Shown here piece after piece: positions 40,913 to 49,650 of a stretch of DNA of 64,000 bases; position 1 is the stretch's first letter; each line of letters starts with the position of its first letter. Both the position numbers and the translations under genes were made by a program. Source of the stretch: a virus (Duplodnaviria; Caudoviricetes); the IMG/VR virus record IMGVR_UViG_3300020048_000076, positions 25,712 through 89,711 of that record; one strand, given 5' to 3'. Under the pieces are notes generated by a model, which did no database searches, was not told the DNA's origin, and saw nothing but the letters and a program-made list of their open reading frames with translations.

Positions 40913-41152
40913 ATGAGCATTAAGGGTATTATAATTGAGAAATTTGCTAAGTGGTATGTCGGCGGAGTAGCATTTGAGAGTATGAAAAGAATAGTATCAA
41001 GTTTAATGGATAGTGATCTTACTAATAAGCAGAAAAAAGCTAAAGCATTAAGTGAAATTGCTGAAATGGGCTATGCTTTAGGCGACTTTCTACTTGATAC
41101 GGGTATACAATTAGCACTTGGCTATTTGAAATCACAACCTAAATCTAAATAG
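40913..41152 (+). CDS. hypothetical protein, last gene of + strand late arm
   Basis: GAGGA RBS, 79 aa. Confidence 0.65.
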   Translation: MSIKGIIIEKFAKWYVGGVAFESMKRIVSSLMDSDLTNKQKKAKALSEIAEMGYALGDFLLDTGIQLALGYLKSQPKSK

Positions 41153-41153
41153 T

Positions 41154-41483
41154 TTATTGTTCTCTGCAATAACCACAATGGCCGTTCTCATCAATCGGAC
41201 CGCCATGCTCGCCAAATAAACCGCAGTTAGGGCAATCCCTCATGTTATCAACAGCGTGAGGTATTCCTGCTTCTAATTTTGATTGAACAGCATCCCCATA
41301 AAGATATTCCAGATTATGTCTTAACCGTTTAACGGTCATATCTATCCAAGCAGTATCTAACAGTGCTTTCATAGTTCCCCAACCTACTTTACGGGCTTCT
41401 TTTGAAGAAGGTGCAAAGATCAATATAGCGCCTTCTGTTGAACCCGCTTTACTATCAAAACCCATGTAGATATGTAGCGTCAT
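41154..41483 (-). CDS. hypothetical protein with C-terminal Zn-finger (CPNC...CGYC)
   Basis: AGGA RBS; two CxxC pairs. Confidence 0.7.
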   Translation of the reverse strand: MTLHIYMGFDSKAGSTEGAILIFAPSSKEARKVGWGTMKALLDTAWIDMTVKRLRHNLEYLYGDAVQSKLEAGIPHAVDNMRDCPNCGLFGEHGGPIDENGHCGYCREQ

Positions 41484-41513
41484 GTGTAATCCTATTGAAG
41501 TGAATTTGTTTGT

Positions 41514-41842
41514 ACTTAGATAAATAGACTCGGTTTACTAAGTCACATAGCTCCTTTTCCGCTATGCGCACCGGTTAAAAACTCAAAAAGTAATTACTCT
41601 TTTCTTCTTTTTAACACTCACCGTCAATACGCCCCGTGGCCTTTGGTCATCGTATATGTTTTGGTGTCAATATTACCCCCTAAAGGGAATGAGCCGAGCC
41701 TATTTATATAAGTCCTGACACTTACCCGGTCAGGTTAGGTATAACAGGTTTTTGTAGGCATTACTCTAAGTGCCAACTTAGTAAATCAAAACTGCACCTG
41801 ACTTTTTATAGAGGCAAGTGGACCTCTTACTACAAAAACCTG
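41514..41842 (-). ncRNA. candidate multi-domain structured RNA or long leader
   Basis: 13-bp perfect stem 41745-57/41830-42 closing three hairpins; 6-bp hairpin 41714-34; 22-bp imperfect stem 41514-35/41692-713 closing four hairpins; several G-U pairs only possible on the minus strand. Confidence 0.6.
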
Positions 41843-41846
41843 ATAA

Positions 41847-41876
41847 ATTTTACCGTAGCATTTGCTACAGTGTCAA
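41847..41876 (-). promoter_or_regulatory. sigma70-type promoter with palindromic operator
   Basis: TTGACA-18 nt-TAAAAT; spacer contains GTAGC-N4-GCTAC (41855-41868). Confidence 0.65.
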
Positions 41877-42044
41877 TGTTTTTTCTAGTGCTTTTGCCCT
41901 TTCAATATAACTATTAGCTAATTGAATTTCTTCTCGCATAACAATGTAACAATCAGCGTCACTTGCATTATCATAAAGATCACGGGCTAATTCCCGTAAC
42001 TGTTCTATTTTAAGCTCAGTTGCTTTTTGATACTCATCAACCAT
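41865..42044 (-). CDS. hypothetical 59-aa protein
   Basis: MVDEYQKATELKIEQ...KTLTL; TAATG-coupled to upstream gene; not in the ORF track. Confidence 0.55.
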   Translation of the reverse strand: MVDEYQKATELKIEQLRELARDLYDNASDADCYIVMREEIQLANSYIERAKALEKTLTL

Positions 42045-42424
42045 TAGCGTCTTCCGTGTATTTGAACGTGTAGGTATGCCATGGCTGCATACGCAATAGC
42101 ACCTAAAAGCTCCCTTTCAAAGTCAGCTTGGTTTTCTTTACCGCAAGATTCACCGGCTTTTTTCATCGCTTGGAATATCAAACCATTCTCTCCGGTTTGA
42201 CGAGAGATTGAATACCAGGGTTGGTCAAAGAATGGCGTTATATCACCGCCATGTCTAGCACCTTTACCTCTGGTAACTTGCGATATAACTGCATCAAACA
42301 CTTCTTGAAGCGGGTGTATTTCTTCATCAAACACTTCTTGAAGTGGGTGGGCTTCTTCAATTCTATTTTTTTTTATATTTTTTATTATGTTTTCGTTCAT
42401 ACCATCGTCGTCATAAATACTCAT
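42044..42424 (-). CDS. conserved phage protein (GKGxxRH...QAMKK...ELLGAIxY), possibly all-alpha NTP-PPase-like
   Basis: Motif pattern; internal 33-bp tandem duplication at 42292-42357 (HPLQEVFD twice). Confidence 0.55.
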   Translation of the reverse strand: MSIYDDDGMNENIIKNIKKNRIEEAHPLQEVFDEEIHPLQEVFDAVISQVTRGKGARHGGDITPFFDQPWYSISRQTGENGLIFQAMKKAGESCGKENQADFERELLGAIAYAAMAYLHVQIHGRR

Positions 42425-43257
42425 TCTTTATCTTCCTGTATTAAATTAATAAAAGTTTTAGTGGCAAAACCGCTGGCGTTTTTATGGCCACCGCCACCGT
42501 AGTGTTTTGCTATGGGCGTAACGTCGTAATCGCCTACTGAGCGAAGTGAAAACTGCCATTCCTCCCTATAGCCGTCATAAGAATAAATAACGGCGTAGGT
42601 ATCTGATTCTTTAGCTAATCGATTGCCTAACTCAGAAGCATATTTAGAAGGTGCATTACAAGCGATACCTTCTATCCCAGCTAAAGTAACCTTATGTTTT
42701 CTTTGAGCTAGAAAAGATATATCTTTGTCTTCTAATTTAAGTAAATCTCTACCGCGTAATACTAATTTATTGCTTTCATTCTGATCAGCAAATACGTTAT
42801 CCCACGCTTCAAAAGAAGGTTCTACAAAAGCTCTTATCGCGGCAGTAAACTCTTTTGTATAAGGCATTTCAAAACGCCATAAATCCCTATCCTGAATCAG
42901 CTTTAACCCCCATGGGATCGCTAAAGCAGGATGGAAATGTTCCCATGCCATAACACATCCGGAACGGTTCATATCAAATACAGCAAAAGATAAACCGTCT
43001 AAATCTTCCTTAGCAGTCATATGATGATCCAATACCAACAAAGATTTAGCTTCTTTGTGCATAGCTAACAGTACATCTCTTTTGTAACTAAAATCTAAGA
43101 TGTAAACTTCTTTACCGGTAACTTTAGGAGGGGGTTGTCCATAATGAGCTTCAATATATTCAGCTTTGTTGCCAAACTTAAACCATGCGGCGTAAGCAGC
43201 ACCAAAACCGTCTGTACAGTTACCATGATAAATAACGACTACTGGTTTAATACCCAT
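42421..43257 (-). CDS. DHH/DHHA1 family phosphoesterase
   Basis: YHGNCTDG, ILDFS, LDHH, QDRDLW, GGGGHKNASG motifs. Confidence 0.85.
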   Translation of the reverse strand: MGIKPVVVIYHGNCTDGFGAAYAAWFKFGNKAEYIEAHYGQPPPKVTGKEVYILDFSYKRDVLLAMHKEAKSLLVLDHHMTAKEDLDGLSFAVFDMNRSGCVMAWEHFHPALAIPWGLKLIQDRDLWRFEMPYTKEFTAAIRAFVEPSFEAWDNVFADQNESNKLVLRGRDLLKLEDKDISFLAQRKHKVTLAGIEGIACNAPSKYASELGNRLAKESDTYAVIYSYDGYREEWQFSLRSVGDYDVTPIAKHYGGGGHKNASGFATKTFINLIQEDKE

Positions 43258-43258
43258 T

Positions 43259-43655
43259 TTAAAATCCTTTTATATTTATCAATACAACGAGTGCAAGTAC
43301 AGTCATGGCGATAAACACAGAGAGAAACACCGCCGCTGTTTTTTCAAAGCCTCGGTGTTTTCTAAAAGTGTTAGTAAAAGAATCGTTCTTTTGCCAATTC
43401 TTTATCCATGATCTATTTGCATAATCTTTTTTAGTAGCCATTAGTTTTTCCTTATCTATTAATTTTAAACCAAGTGTCATAGGCTTCTTTAGGTGTTTTT
43501 CCGATGCCCGTTAACACCTTATATTTATTTTCACAAAACCAAGTCCCCTTTTTGCAATAGAGGTAAGGTTTAACATCTATATATTTACAGTATAGATTGG
43601 GTACTACCCATAAATTGATGGGTGGCAAATTAAAATCAGTCCATTTTAAAGTCAT
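43259..43655 (-). CDS. two small hypothetical genes (43259..43441/43480 and 43452..43655)
   Basis: Packed ORFs; the first has a C-terminal TM helix. Confidence 0.55.
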
Positions 43656-45082
43656 GTTTTATATTTCCTAGCCAAGCCTTTTTTCAAAGCTTCTTCAACA
43701 GTGCCTTTAGATTCTAACCTATCTAATATAATTTCATCAACCGTATCCCTGCCTATAATTTGATGGATAAATACCGGTCTGTTTAATCCTGCTTGAAACT
43801 GACGTACCGAACCGATACGCGCTATTACCTGTAAACGTAATTCTAAATTCCAATCGACTGCAAAGAACACGATAATATTAGTTACATATTGAAACGCATC
43901 TACCCCATGCCCACCGCTGGCAGGGTGCATAAACAATATCGGGATTAACCCTGCTTTGAAATCCCTCTCTACCTTTGGGTTGGTACTAAAATGTTTTCCT
44001 TTTGGGAAAGCTTTTAATAACCTCTCAAGGTCAGATTTAAATTGATACACGACAATAACCGGCATCCCATTGGCTTCTTCTATAACCGATTGCAAAGCGT
44101 CTATTTTAACTGAATGCAATGTTTCACTGTTGCCTTCATCATCATAGTACACGGCGCCATTAGTTATTTGTTGAAGTTTAGTGCTTCGGGTTGCAGCGGT
44201 AAACGCTTCTACATTTCCTGATTTCAATTCTATATAGAGATTCTTCTCCATTTCGTCATATATTTCTCTAGCAGCCGGCGGTAGATCAACGTAAATAGTG
44301 TTAGTAATCTCATCACCCAGTTTAAGGTAATCCTCAGCTCTCAGCGTAAAGGTAGTGGGTTCAATAGCATTCCTTATTTCTAATTCAGAATGGGGGAACA
44401 TTTCTTTACTGAAGCCATTAAAACCGGTTCTAAACCATCTCTGATCAAAAGCAGAATGGGAAGCGCCTAAACTTTGGCCTCTATCGATAAACCATTGCTG
44501 TCCCCATAAATCCTGTAACCCATTGGGGGCTGGGGTACCGGTTAAGTTTATCCAACGTTTAGTTTGGGTAAAAGCAACTTTGGCAATAGCCGATGTTCTT
44601 GATCCACCGGTGCAATACAAAGAAAAATGGCCACTTTTCAATTTTTTATAATGGCTTCTATGACTTTTTAAACGGGTGCTCTCATCCGCTACAACCATTC
44701 TAAATGGCCATTCAATTTTACCCATCTTAGTCAGCTCATCAATTAACCAGACTAAGTTTTCATAGTTTATACAATAGATATCTGCTTCAGCTTTAAGGGC
44801 ACTGCTACGTTCTTTTTGCGATCCGACAATGATAGAAAAAGTAAGGTGTTTAAGATGGTTCCATTTTTGGCTTTCTTCCTTCCATGTTGATCTAGCTACC
44901 CTGAGTGGCGCTATTATTAAAATCTTTCCGTGAAAGCCCGCTATCATTAAAGTATCAATAGCATCTAAAACGACACTGGTTTTACCCATACCCATAGCCA
45001 CAAAAAGAGAAGCTCTGGGTGTTTGTAAAAGAAAATTAGTCGCTTCCTTTTGATATTCCCTTGGTACGAAATCTTTTGCCAT
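43652..45082 (-). CDS. SNF2-related DEAD/DEAH-like helicase
   Basis: MGMGKT (Walker A), VADES (Walker B), LTGTP, HPASGGHG, QVIARI motifs. Confidence 0.9.
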   Translation of the reverse strand: MAKDFVPREYQKEATNFLLQTPRASLFVAMGMGKTSVVLDAIDTLMIAGFHGKILIIAPLRVARSTWKEESQKWNHLKHLTFSIIVGSQKERSSALKAEADIYCINYENLVWLIDELTKMGKIEWPFRMVVADESTRLKSHRSHYKKLKSGHFSLYCTGGSRTSAIAKVAFTQTKRWINLTGTPAPNGLQDLWGQQWFIDRGQSLGASHSAFDQRWFRTGFNGFSKEMFPHSELEIRNAIEPTTFTLRAEDYLKLGDEITNTIYVDLPPAAREIYDEMEKNLYIELKSGNVEAFTAATRSTKLQQITNGAVYYDDEGNSETLHSVKIDALQSVIEEANGMPVIVVYQFKSDLERLLKAFPKGKHFSTNPKVERDFKAGLIPILFMHPASGGHGVDAFQYVTNIIVFFAVDWNLELRLQVIARIGSVRQFQAGLNRPVFIHQIIGRDTVDEIILDRLESKGTVEEALKKGLARKYKT

Positions 45083-45519
45083 TAGTAAACAACAATCTCT
45101 ATTCCGGCTTCATTGAACATATTTTCAGACATAATCAATTCTTCATGCCAATGAACATTGGTACTTTCTGGGTTCATGGTAGGTACGTAAATTGTTTTAA
45201 TACCGGCTTGAATGATCAGCTTTGCGCAGTTAGTACAAGGGTATAAAGCCGTTACAATCAAACTAGAACCTAATAGCTTTGCGCCTACTCTAGCAGCTTG
45301 GGCAATCGCATTAGCCTCTGCATGAGCTACATATTTAAGTTTTATCTCACGGTTTTTATAACGTTCTTCAATATCATTAACGCCTCTTGGAAAACCATTA
45401 AATCCGGTAGTCAGGATATTAGAATCGTCATCAATGATAACCGCACCTACTTTGGTACTAGGGTCTTTTGATAAAGAGGCTATGGCTTCAGCTATAGGTA
45501 CAAATTTTAATGGGTTCAT
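45082..45519 (-). CDS. deoxycytidylate (dCMP) deaminase
   Basis: SKDPSTKVGAVI, GFNGFPRG, HAEANAI, PCTNC motifs. Confidence 0.92.
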   Translation of the reverse strand: MNPLKFVPIAEAIASLSKDPSTKVGAVIIDDDSNILTTGFNGFPRGVNDIEERYKNREIKLKYVAHAEANAIAQAARVGAKLLGSSLIVTALYPCTNCAKLIIQAGIKTIYVPTMNPESTNVHWHEELIMSENMFNEAGIEIVVY

Positions 45520-45878
45520 TATGTGCTTGTAGGTGGGTTTAAAGATTTATAAAAACTTACCATTCCTTTTAAAATAAGTATTAGCTGGTCTACACTTTCT
45601 TTTGAGTTTGCCATAAATACTCGATGTCCTAATTCTATTAAGCGATCAAACGCTCTTTGCTGGCCGGGTCTTAACGTTTTATTTGGTCTTTTTAATTCTA
45701 CAAAAGCTATTAACCCATTGGGCAATAGACAAATTCTATCGGGTTCATGCCTACGCACTTCGTACTTTAAAACCATGGCGGTAGGAAATTCCTCCGCCAT
45801 TCGTTTCAAAAAATACTCTTCAATAGCTAATTCTTTAACTATTCTTATCACTATGTATTCTCCTAAACAACTCTTCAA
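45519..45878 (-). CDS. VRR-NUC domain nuclease
   Basis: PDRICL...FVELKRP...LRPGQ motif; true start probably a little downstream of the track start. Confidence 0.85.
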   Translation of the reverse strand: MKSCLGEYIVIRIVKELAIEEYFLKRMAEEFPTAMVLKYEVRRHEPDRICLLPNGLIAFVELKRPNKTLRPGQQRAFDRLIELGHRVFMANSKESVDQLILILKGMVSFYKSLNPPTST

Positions 45879-46651
45879 ACGCTAAACCCCTAGCGTTTTG
45901 AATATTGATGCTGAACTTCATCAGTTCGGTTACCCTATCCATAAAGATATCTTCCTGATCTTCGCTAATATCTAATTTATATTGCTTAGATTTACTTTGT
46001 AAAAAGTCTATATCTGTTTGGATAGTATTGCTCATAGCTAATTCTCATAGTAGTTGGAAGGGTCTTTTACTCTGGCTATAGTAAGCATTTCTTCCACTAC
46101 TTGCACGAAATCTTCATCGTTTAAATCTTTAAATTCAGAAACGGTATCTGAAGGTATCTGGTATCTTTTCAATTTACCTTTGTGTTCTTTAGACGAAATG
46201 AAATGTCTAAGGTTTTCCACATAACCTTTTGCATAAAGCTTACAGCTTCCTGCTTCTTTAATTAACCACATCAAAGTATCCCTAAATATTGTAAAGCGCC
46301 ATTACCAACGATTAATATCAATGTTAATATCGCTAAAGTTGATTGGTGATCAGCACGTTTATACGCTTTTATTAGTATTTTCATTTCTTGATCAGCGCAT
46401 TCTAATTGTTTTTCTAAGGTTCTAGCATAAGCAATGTTGCTATCAAATGTTTTTGCATTCAAAATAATCAAAGCAGATAGCCTCTCTATTTCTCCTTTAT
46501 AAATATCACAAGCTTTATCAAAATCTTCATCTAAAGCTTTCAGATGATCTTCAACATCGTAAGCTTTCATTACATAGCCGGCATCATTAGGTTCTAAAGA
46601 ATCGATTCCGATATTACTTTTTATAAAATAGCGTTGGAGAGGCGTATTCAT
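45835..46651 (-). CDS. three hypothetical genes (45835..46035, 46038..46274, 46271..46651)
   Basis: Tightly packed co-oriented ORFs; the last is coiled-coil plus TM. Confidence 0.55.
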
Positions 46652-46655
46652 AGTC

Positions 46656-46931
46656 TTAATTCAAAGCGTCTTTAAGGGTTTTTGATAGTCTAAAAGCAAC
46701 TGTTTTTGAAGCAGCAATTTCTAATGCTTCACCGGTAGCTGGATTACGACCTGTTCTAGCAGAACGTTCTTTCGGAACTAATCGGCCAATACCTTGAATT
46801 TCAACAAAGTCACCGGCAACTAATGTATCGGTAATTACATCTGCAAAAATACTTAAAAAAGTAGTTACTTCAATTTGTGAAAATAAACTTTCTTTAGCTT
46901 GGATAGCTTTAATCAATTCTTTTTTAGTCAT
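46656..46931 (-). CDS. hup: HU/IHF-family histone-like DNA-binding protein
   Basis: MTKKELI...VEIQGIG...ERSARTGRNPATGE...I.A.K.VAF motif. Confidence 0.92.
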   Translation of the reverse strand: MTKKELIKAIQAKESLFSQIEVTTFLSIFADVITDTLVAGDFVEIQGIGRLVPKERSARTGRNPATGEALEIAASKTVAFRLSKTLKDALN

Positions 46932-46963
46932 TGTTGTTTTCCTATAAGGGTTTAAGAGGGGTT

Positions 46964-46994
46964 AGTGTAGCACTAGCTACGGGGTAGGTGTCAA
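46964..46994 (-). promoter_or_regulatory. internal promoter for the HU gene with palindromic operator
   Basis: TTGACA-19 nt-TACACT with extended -10 TGc; GTAGC-N4-GCTAC at 46967-46980. Confidence 0.6.
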
Positions 46995-46995
46995 G

Positions 46996-49149
46996 TTAAT
47001 CTTTTCTGTATTGATAGCTTTCAAAGCCAGCAGCGGCTAGGGGAATGTCTCCTGCCCACTCTGGTACGATCGCCATTATCTTTTCTAGCTCTTTTGAAGT
47101 ATACTGATCAGTATCAGGCACTTCGGTTACTAACTCATCGTGTACCGCCAATACAACTTTATAACCGGCGGCTTCAGCTTTTAACTGGCCGTGTTTAAAG
47201 ATATCTCTAGCAAAAGATTGACTAATGTTCTCACACAATTTTCCAGAGTAAGTTTTAGTCTGTTCCCATTTCTTAGTAAATTGGCCAACACCCTTAAATA
47301 CCAGCTGGCCGTCATCTAAGGTTTTCATACCGGGATAGCATATGTTATGGCCACCGGGTAATATGATCCTTACCCAGCTTCCTGATTTCCTTGCTATACA
47401 ACCATTGCCAAAAGGATGATCCGTATTAGGTAGTCTTACTGCACTACGCACTGCAACCTCTGTATCTGCCCAGAATTGAACGATAGCTGGGTTGGACAAG
47501 CGCCATAAGCGTTTTAAACTCTCCAGCGCAACAAACACTTCTTCTGATAAAAACAGCGTTCGTTTAGCGGTGTAATAAGCTTCCCAATTAGCACCGTCTT
47601 TAGCTTTCTCAGCTTTTACTTTAGCCGCTTTTATATCAAAGCTATCCTGCCATTTATAAAAACCTTTCGCTTCTTTTAAAACATCCTCTGGTACAACCGG
47701 CATTACGTTTTCAACAAGATCGTTAAGATCAACGTTGTAAGCCGTCATAAAAGCTAATAGCCCACCGCAACCGGAAGAGTATCCTAATGCCAACTCAAGA
47801 ATCTTACCTAAGAAACGCTGCTCTTTAGTCACGTCTTTAGGGTCTATACCGAACGCTTTGGCATAAGCCATCTTATAAAGATCATGGCCGGTGCCGGCAT
47901 CAAACGCTCTAAAGGCATCTAACTTCCATTCTTCATTAGCCAACCAAGCCAATACTCTATTTTCAATACCGGCTAAATCCGATATGGCCAACTTGCTACC
48001 GGCTGGAGCACAAATGGTATAGCGCAGAGCAGAGCTGGTTAATTTCATAACATCAAAACCGGCTATTTCTGCGTAATCACCTTTTATTGCGTCGATACCT
48101 TTTAGTATCAAATCGTGCTCAAGTACCGGTCTTGCAAGGTTTTGCGGCTGGATCATGCGCCCTCCGTCTCTGGAAGTGCGTGAAGCACCACAATACTGAA
48201 GTGTACCGCGCACTCGACTATCAGCACTGGTCACATCAACTATCTTTTTGTACTTGGCAGTAGAAGTTGTACTGGAACTTAACCTAACTGATAATAACTC
48301 TTTCAAAGCTGGCGGTGTGTTAACGTCTTCAACTAAACGTTCTATCGCTGCTTTTTGCATATTAGGAAGGTCATACCCATAGATAATAGCAATGTGCTTA
48401 ATCATGGCATCCCGTTGGCCAGCTGTATCAACATCGCCATTGGTCATGCGTTTAGTCGCTTTAGCTAAATCCTGTTGAGCAGAATCGATAGCATCCATAG
48501 CTTTATTAGCCAGCTCTAAATCCATGTACATACCTCTGGAATTTATCTTCTGGTCAAGTAGCCACAAATCCAATTCATTAGCTTGCTTTGGGTAATTCCA
48601 CTTAGGCGTCTTCTTAATACATTCCCGCATAGCGATAACATCGTTTCCGCTGTACTCAAGATACTTAGCCCAGTCTTCCGGATCAGTTTTTGGTGTAGCC
48701 CATTTAAATGAACCATCGCTTTGCTTTTTAGGTTTGCAAAACTTCATGACTAGACGTTTACCGTCTTTAATTTTTCTAAAGTCCTCTTTTAATCCTAAGA
48801 CTGTACCCAGTGCTTCTAAGCTGGCGGGTAAGCCATGGGATAAAGCAGCGGCCATGGAACAGCGATACCGACTAAGGGGTAATTTAACCTTCAATACGTT
48901 TTCTATCAGGTTTCTATCAAACCATGAATTGTGATACCAAAATATGACATCAGGATTAGCGAAGGCGGCTTTTAAATCATCAGGCATAGGATAGCCTTCC
49001 TCTTTACTCCAAAGCTTTACCTCGCCATCCTCAAACGCATAGCGGAAAATCTGAATATCAGTGGTCGGATGCTCTGCATATACTGCTGTGCCGTGTTTCT
49101 TCAAATCACATTCAGATTTCGTTTCTAAATCCGCGTAGCAATTAATCAT
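46996..49149 (-). CDS. polA: DNA polymerase family A (APSE/Bcep-like) with 3'-5' exonuclease
   Basis: DLET, HNSWFD, DVxAM exonuclease motifs; SDLAGIENR, R...KILELALGY, VHDE polymerase motifs. Confidence 0.92.
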   Translation of the reverse strand: MINCYADLETKSECDLKKHGTAVYAEHPTTDIQIFRYAFEDGEVKLWSKEEGYPMPDDLKAAFANPDVIFWYHNSWFDRNLIENVLKVKLPLSRYRCSMAAALSHGLPASLEALGTVLGLKEDFRKIKDGKRLVMKFCKPKKQSDGSFKWATPKTDPEDWAKYLEYSGNDVIAMRECIKKTPKWNYPKQANELDLWLLDQKINSRGMYMDLELANKAMDAIDSAQQDLAKATKRMTNGDVDTAGQRDAMIKHIAIIYGYDLPNMQKAAIERLVEDVNTPPALKELLSVRLSSSTTSTAKYKKIVDVTSADSRVRGTLQYCGASRTSRDGGRMIQPQNLARPVLEHDLILKGIDAIKGDYAEIAGFDVMKLTSSALRYTICAPAGSKLAISDLAGIENRVLAWLANEEWKLDAFRAFDAGTGHDLYKMAYAKAFGIDPKDVTKEQRFLGKILELALGYSSGCGGLLAFMTAYNVDLNDLVENVMPVVPEDVLKEAKGFYKWQDSFDIKAAKVKAEKAKDGANWEAYYTAKRTLFLSEEVFVALESLKRLWRLSNPAIVQFWADTEVAVRSAVRLPNTDHPFGNGCIARKSGSWVRIILPGGHNICYPGMKTLDDGQLVFKGVGQFTKKWEQTKTYSGKLCENISQSFARDIFKHGQLKAEAAGYKVVLAVHDELVTEVPDTDQYTSKELEKIMAIVPEWAGDIPLAAAGFESYQYRKD

Positions 49150-49408
49150 ATTCTTTTCCGCAAAACGGGCAATAGGTAAAGATCATGTGTTTTTTAGCTT
49201 TTCTTTGATTAAACCCACCCGCCTTTAAAGGATGGGAAGCAGTAAAATGTAGGTCAAAAAAACCTTTTTCTACAATATCACTACCCATACAAACGGTATA
49301 GTTTTTTATCTCAACTTTTACTGTGTTAGCCGTCGGATGCTCTTTTTCATAAAGAGCAATCGCTTTTTCTTCAATCTTTTCTCTGCAATCACAAGGCATT
49401 GGTTTCAC
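49142..49408 (-). CDS. small Zn-binding hypothetical protein
   Basis: CDC...CPFCG. Confidence 0.6.
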   Translation of the reverse strand: MKPMPCDCREKIEEKAIALYEKEHPTANTVKVEIKNYTVCMGSDIVEKGFFDLHFTASHPLKAGGFNQRKAKKHMIFTYCPFCGKEYD

Positions 49409-49649
49409 CGTTATTTTCTATTTGGTTAATGTATTCTCTGATATCCCCTAATCGCCAAAAGAACGCGGCACGTTTTCCACCATAAGGTGTTAATTGTCTA
49501 ACGGTCGGCTTGGGCAGCGTACCTTTTTGTATTCGTCTGGATACGTTATGTTGCTCAGTATGAAAAATACCAGCAAGGGTTAAACTATTAATTAAATGGT
49601 CATCAGGTTTATCAGCAATTTCTTTGAATAATTCTGGTTTCTTAGCCAT
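49389..49649 (-). CDS. AlpA/excisionase-like HTH protein
   Basis: VSRRIQKGTLPKP...W..GDIREYI motif. Confidence 0.6.
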   Translation of the reverse strand: MAKKPELFKEIADKPDDHLINSLTLAGIFHTEQHNVSRRIQKGTLPKPTVRQLTPYGGKRAAFFWRLGDIREYINQIENNGETNAL

Positions 49650-49650
49650 A

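Noticed and set aside
41745-41842. tRNA gene (cloverleaf shape)
   Set aside because: 13-bp closing stem, no TTCRA loop, no CCA, arm lengths incompatible; no canonical tRNA recognised elsewhere either
41514-41842. Retron msr-msd, tmRNA or group I/II intron
   Set aside because: No RT in the window, no tmRNA termini or tag frame, no group II domain V or group I core recognised
42292-42357. CRISPR-like repeats (also 14759-14848, 52578-52658)
   Set aside because: In-frame coding tandem repeats without unique spacers; no cas genes (DUF2800 is only Cas4-like)
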